64,000 nucleotides of DNA. Origin: Chrysomallon squamiferum. Lineage: Eukaryota > Animalia > Mollusca. Both the position numbers and the translations under genes were made by a program. How positions within the stretch are numbered: position 1 is the stretch's first letter; each line of letters opens with the position of its first letter. The stretch covers positions 20,026,001 to 20,090,000 of the forward strand of contig CM022665.1 in assembly GCA_012295275.1 (NCBI GenBank). The letters run 5' to 3'. The notes below the pieces were generated by a model. It was not told the DNA's origin and made no database searches. It was given only the letters and a program-made list of their open reading frames with translations. Positions 58,313 to 64,000 of this stretch are shown here, in pieces.

Positions 58313-59621
58313 TTGATTACTATATATTTCTTAGTGTCTGTTTGGTGTTGTAACTAACGAGTTTGGTGTTAAGTGACATTTTCACGACGTACTAAAACAT
58401 TAATTCATTTTCCTTGTTTCACGTTTTCTTTTGTTATCAGATTTAGATTACTTTGTGCACATCTCTTTCAGTTTGTTTGTCCGTGTCACCCCACCGTCCC
58501 TTGAACTGTGAGAGGTGGGTTTTACAGTGGGTGTCTATTATCATCATTTGGAAATAGATACCATTATTTCCAACAGCAAAATAAATTAACCATGTCCTGT
58601 TGAAATCGGCACAGTGTTTCTCATTATACCGGTCTATTCAGATAGTAACCGTACACTGCCAGTGATGACGTTGTTGTCGTTGATAATAATAATCATGGAG
58701 TCTGTGGTTATGATGATGATGATGCGATAATCAAGATAACAAGGAGGAAATGTGAATAAAGATGGCCATAATAATGATGAGATGATGTTGATAATAATAA
58801 TAGTAATAATAATAATAAAAATAATAATAGTAATTATAATAACATCAACAAAACAACAACAACAACAACAACAATAACAACAACAACAATAATAATAAGA
58901 ATAATAATAATACTATGAAGAATAATAATAATATATGAAAATTGGTGATAACCACTATGGTATTAATGATGACCGTGATGCTGTTTTATAGGTGTAAAGG
59001 AAATACAATGTAAACTTTAAACACCGAAAACGTATTATTTCATTATATTCTTATTTAAATTAATTAAAAACTTCAGACACTAAAACCTCATTATTTCATT
59101 ATAATTCTTATTTAAATTATTTTAAAACTTCATACTCTAAAACCTCAGTATTTCATTATATTCTCATTTCAGTATTTTAAAACGCTATATAATCGATTAA
59201 GCACAAAGAAATTCTATCTAGGCAGGCCTAGCTGCAGTCTTCTTTTGTTTCTGTTTTTGCTTCTTTATCTGCAGTCAGCTTGAACAAACTCTCTCGACTC
59301 AGCTTTAGCGATGAATGAATTTAAAAATTCTTAAAATGTAGACCAGAAAAAAGCAGGTACGCAATACCTATTCATGATTTACGGTTAGCGATTTGTTTCA
59401 AAGAAGATTTTTTTCTTTTTTCCATTCTTTTTTTGTTTGGTTTTTTTCTAATGCGGGTTATTAAAATCTGGCTTTTAGCATGTTTACACAGTTTGGGTGG
59501 GCTGTCATGAGTGGGGAAAAAATAATAATAATTAGAATACTAAAAATAGTTTTAAGTAAGAAACTTTAGAACATGCATCCTCACTCATTCGGCATGTCTC
59601 ACAGAAAGAGAGAGAAAGCTT

Positions 59622-59720
<99 letters not shown>

Positions 59721-59743
59721 TTAGAAAGAGAGAGAGAAAGCTT

Positions 59744-59804
<61 letters not shown>

Positions 59805-59806
59805 TT

Positions 59807-59913
<107 letters not shown>

Positions 59914-60568
59914 TTCTCCTCTCCGTGTAAATTGCTATCGCTCTCTTTCTCTCTCAGCTCTGTCTCTATCACAAAATCAAAACGAAAACAACAACAAAAA
60001 AACCCCATTCTAAACGAGAAGCGATTATATATCTCTAATCTTACCTCAGCTCGAGGGGGCAGAAAAGAAAGTGACAACTCGTCCACTATTTACACGTAGG
60101 AGAAACAAGAAATAGCTTTATGTCCATGTTTGTGTACAAAACGTGACTGGAGATGTGAGCGGACTGACTCGTGGAGCTGTGTGCAAACAGAGCCAGCTTT
60201 CTCTGTGTCAGTGAGACACGCTGTCAGTTCCACGTGCTTTTTTTCTTTGATCCACCGCCCACCTGTACAAGTAAACACACGACAGCATTAACATACCTGG
60301 CTGTAGCAACAGAACTGCCGAAACAAAACAACAACAACGATCACTAGTACCACCACTACTACTACAAACATCTACTACTAGCACTGTACTACAACAACAA
60401 CGACTACTATTACTACTACTACTACGTGACTCTTCTACAGTGCTATTGTTACTACTATTATACCTTTTAATTCTACTATTTTCTGTAGTGCTATTACTGA
60501 TAGAGCTACTACTATTGCTACTATTACTACTAATTTAATACTAATACTGCTATTGCTGCTGTTGTTAT

Positions 60569-60610
<42 letters not shown>

Positions 60611-61423
60611 CACTGCTACTATACTGCTACTGCTGCCACTGCTAACACCACTACTCTTCCAGTACTAATACTACTACTATTTTTTTACTTTCACTAGTGA
60701 CTTCTGTTATCACTGCTAATATTATTAGTACCACTGTCACTATCAGTGTCACTGTAACTACTCTTCATTTTTTTTATTACTTATTTTATTTTAGGTGTTT
60801 TATTTCTACTTTCTTTGCTGTGACGTTGCAAGCATTTAAGGGAGGTAATTTGGAGTGTGCACCGGACATTACAGAGTTATGAGACTTGCATTATCCATAT
60901 TTTATTCTTTTTTCCTTCGCTTTTAATTTCATTTAGATAATTATTTAATGAAGTAAATACGTAATTACTGTTTAATAAAATCTGTGAAAATAAATAAATT
61001 AAACATTCTGACTAAACAGATAAACAAACAAACAGTCGAATAAATAAATAGATAAAAAATAAAAAAATAAATAAAATAAAATAAAATAAAATAAAATATA
61101 ATAAAACAAATTAAAATTAAATAAAATAAAATAAAATAAAATAAATAAATAAAACAAGAAGATATAAAACCAATGAAGATATTTAGGAATATCGTCAATA
61201 TTTAAAACTTCTGAAAGCTGCATTTGATCAGATATTTTTGGTGTTGACATATAATCAGATATAATCCACATATTAACTTCACACAAATCCTAATCTCCCA
61301 ATGTAACAGACATCTGTCAGACTGCAGAGATACATACAGACAGTCAGAGAGTGAGATAAAGAAATCAGTGACGTGGCAGTAGATCACGTCACTAGTTCTG
61401 TCAGTTCTCGGTGTTACAAAATG

Positions 61424-61430
61424 TATAAAA
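61424..61430 (+). promoter_or_regulatory. TATA box of the pacifastin-like gene
   Basis: TATAAAA starting 46 nt upstream of the ATG at 61470; initiator-like CA/TCAGT sequence at 61455-61468. Confidence 0.6.
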
Positions 61431-61469
61431 TAAAGCTGATTTCTCTGTTAGCTACATCACATCTCAGTC

Positions 61470-63497
61470 ATGAATCACGTCTTTCTCTTACTAGCCTTGT
61501 GTGTGGGTAAGTTGTAATTTTAGACTACTACTACTACTACTACTACTACTACTGCTGCTGCTGCTACTTCTACTACTACTTCTACTACTACTATTGCTAG
61601 TATTATAAATAGTACTACAACTACAATAGCAAGAACTGCAACTACTGCTACTACTACTATTACTATTACTGCTACTACTACAAATACTACTACAACAACA
61701 ACAACTATTACTAGTTATACTATTACTACTACTATTGCTACTACTACCACTACTACCACTACTACAATTGCTACATCATTTACAGCTACTGTTACTGATG
61801 ATACTGCTACTGTTACTACTGCCTCTACTACTGCTACTACTACTAAAACTACAACGACTACCATTACTGCTACAACAACAACTACTACTACCACTACCAT
61901 TACTGTTACTACTACCATCACTATCACGACAACTACTACTATTACTATTATTAATGCTATTATGATTACTACTACCACTGTTACTACCACTATTACTACT
62001 ACTTCTACTACAACTACAACCTCTTCTACTCTGCTACTACAACAGCAACATAAGACGACAGTCACTTCATGTAGCCGTTTCAAATTTTAATATCAGTAAA
62101 TAAATAACTGAATACTATTTTTAATGTTGTTTTTAAAAAAAAATATATACACTTTTTAGTTTTGTTTCTCATTTTCAGGGACCCTGCTCGCTCAGGTACA
62201 AGAGGAGGCAGACTGCGTGGTGGGTGACAAAACATACGCCCACGGTGAATCCTATACCGCAGACGACGGCTGCAATACCTGTACATGTTCAGATGGAGCG
62301 GTGGCCTGTACGTTAATTGACTGTAGCAGTTTTCCAGTTACTGATACAAATAATGAACCAAACACTGATAATGAACCTGTTACCAATACTGATAATGAAC
62401 CAGATACTAATACTGACAATGAACCAGATACTAATACTGACAATGAACCAGATACTAATACTGACAATGAACCAGATACCGATACTGATAATGAACCAGA
62501 TACTAATACTGACAATGAACCAGATACTAATATTGACAATGAACCAGACACTAATACTGACAATGAACCAGATACTAATATTGACAATGAACCAGACACT
62601 AATACTGGCAATGAACCAGATACTAATACTGACAATGAACCAGATACTAATACTGATAATGAACCAATTACCGATACTGACAATGCACCAGATACTAATA
62701 CTGACCCAGATACCGATAATGAAACGACTGAAACAGGCGAGTGTACAGTTGGAGATAAAACACACAAGTCAGGTGAAGTGTTTTCTGCTGAGGATGGGTG
62801 TAACCGATGTAGATGTATGCATGGAAAGACGAGGTGTACAACGTGGCCGTGGTGCATGTCTGATGAAGAGAAGCAGTGCACCGTGGGAAACAAAGTCTAT
62901 CGTCACATGGAAGCAGTGAAAGCAGAAGACGGGTGTAACAGGTGTCGATGTCGTTTCGGTCGTTTCCGCTGTTCGCAGTGGCCGTGGTGTATGACAACAG
63001 AGCAGAAGTCGTGCACGGTGGGCGAGACGACGTACCCGTCTGGACAGATGTTTGTAGCTGACGATGGCTGCAACCGTTGCAGATGCATCATGGGAATGGT
63101 TGCGTGTTCAAAGAGACGCTGTCCGGAAAACTGCGTTGTCGGTGACGTTACTCACAAACACGGAGATGTCTTTGAAGCCGAGGATGGATGCAACCGTTGC
63201 AGATGTGCTTACGGCAACGTCGCCTGTACGAAGCGGGTGTGCGGAGCTAAGTGTGTTGTAGAGGGAGAGGAGTTTGACGACGGCGCCAACTTCGTGCACC
63301 CGGATGGTTGTAACAGGTGCAGATGCAGAGACGGCGTAGCTGCCTGCACAAAGATGTGGTGTAAACCACAAGAAAAGGAAGACTGCGTCGTTGACGGCAA
63401 GACGTACACACACGGTCAGACGTACCCCAGTACAGACGCGTGTAACACGTGTACTTGTTTGGACGGTATCCAGTCGTGTACTGAAATGTCTTGTTAA
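61470..63497 (+). CDS. Secreted cysteine-rich protein with seven pacifastin/VWC-like modules and an acidic tandem repeat (451 aa, 2 exons)
   Basis: Exon 1 61470-61506 (MNHVFLLLALCVG|gtaagt) and exon 2 62179-63497 (ttttcag|GG...TAA), phase 1. Signal peptide MNHVFLLLALCVGTLLA. Seven modules C-x18-C-N-x-C-x-C-x2-G-x3-C-[TS]-x3/4-C. Upstream TATA box and downstream AATAAA. Confidence 0.88.
62370..62705 (+). repeat. Coding 24-bp tandem repeat, 14 x NEPDTNTD
   Basis: Unit aatgaaccagatactaatactgac repeated in frame with single-codon variants (NEPVTNTD, NEPDTNID, NEPDTNTG, NAPDTNTD). Confidence 0.95.
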
Positions 63498-63514
63498 ACA
63501 CTATTTATTAAATT

Positions 63515-63520
63515 AATAAA
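63515..63520 (+). terminator. Polyadenylation signal of the pacifastin-like gene
   Basis: AATAAA 18 nt after the TAA stop, followed by T-rich sequence. Confidence 0.5.
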
Positions 63521-63620
63521 TATATAACTGTTATTTACTTATTTGTCGCTAAGGTTTGAAAAATACTGTGAAAGGCAGTAGTAGTAGTAGTAATAATAAT
63601 ACCTATCTATCTATAAACAT

Positions 63621-63664
<44 letters not shown>

Positions 63665-63935
63665 GTCGATCTGTCTGTATGCATATCTTCTGTGTGTATA
63701 TGCCACATTAAGAAAATCTGATTTCTTTCTGCTAAGGTGGAACTATTTATTTCTTTGTAGAATAACTATATTTTAACTGCGTTGTATAATCAGCTGCCTT
63801 TGAACATACACACGTTCATTTAAACTGAGACGCTTACAAACACACGTACATACGCACAAATATAAACATATATAAAGAAACATACAAACAGAAAACATTA
63901 AATAGACCTAAAATAAAACATAATTTTGTAATACA

Positions 63936-63967
<32 letters not shown>

Positions 63968-64000
63968 AAAGAAAACAATTTATCTAATAAGATAATTATT

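Noticed and set aside
62252-63501. Overlapping antisense and alternate-frame ORFs over the pacifastin-like exon
   Set aside because: By-products of the 24-bp coding repeat and GC-richer codons; only the plus frame gives a signal peptide and regular Cys modules.

Overview
AT-rich, microsatellite-dense, intron-containing animal genomic DNA; it looks lophotrochozoan and probably molluscan (inference from composition and gene content). I assembled five spliced protein-coding genes by hand, using GT-AG junctions with consistent phases. (1) HLCS/biotin-protein ligase, minus strand, 12 coding exons, ~940 aa. (2) A GMC-family FAD oxidoreductase, minus strand, 11 exons, ~604 aa. (3) An adhesion GPCR, minus strand, 24 exons, ~889 aa, with signal peptide, ShKT-like module, LamG/pentraxin-like domain, GAIN/GPS and 7TM. 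(4) A RERG-like Ras GTPase without CAAX, minus strand, 4 exons, 224 aa. (5) A secreted protein, plus strand, 2 exons, 451 aa, with seven pacifastin/VWC-like six-Cys modules and a 14x acidic NEPDTNTD repeat. Most ORFs in the supplied track are microsatellite artefacts. The most notable observations are the ShKT-bearing aGPCR, the acidic multi-domain inhibitor-like protein, recurrent tandem copies of exon-intron junctions inside introns, and E-box/CRE/D-box/ARE motif clusters. No rRNA, tRNA, CRISPR array or intact transposon was recognised. All coordinates and lengths were read manually and were not checked against transcripts or databases.
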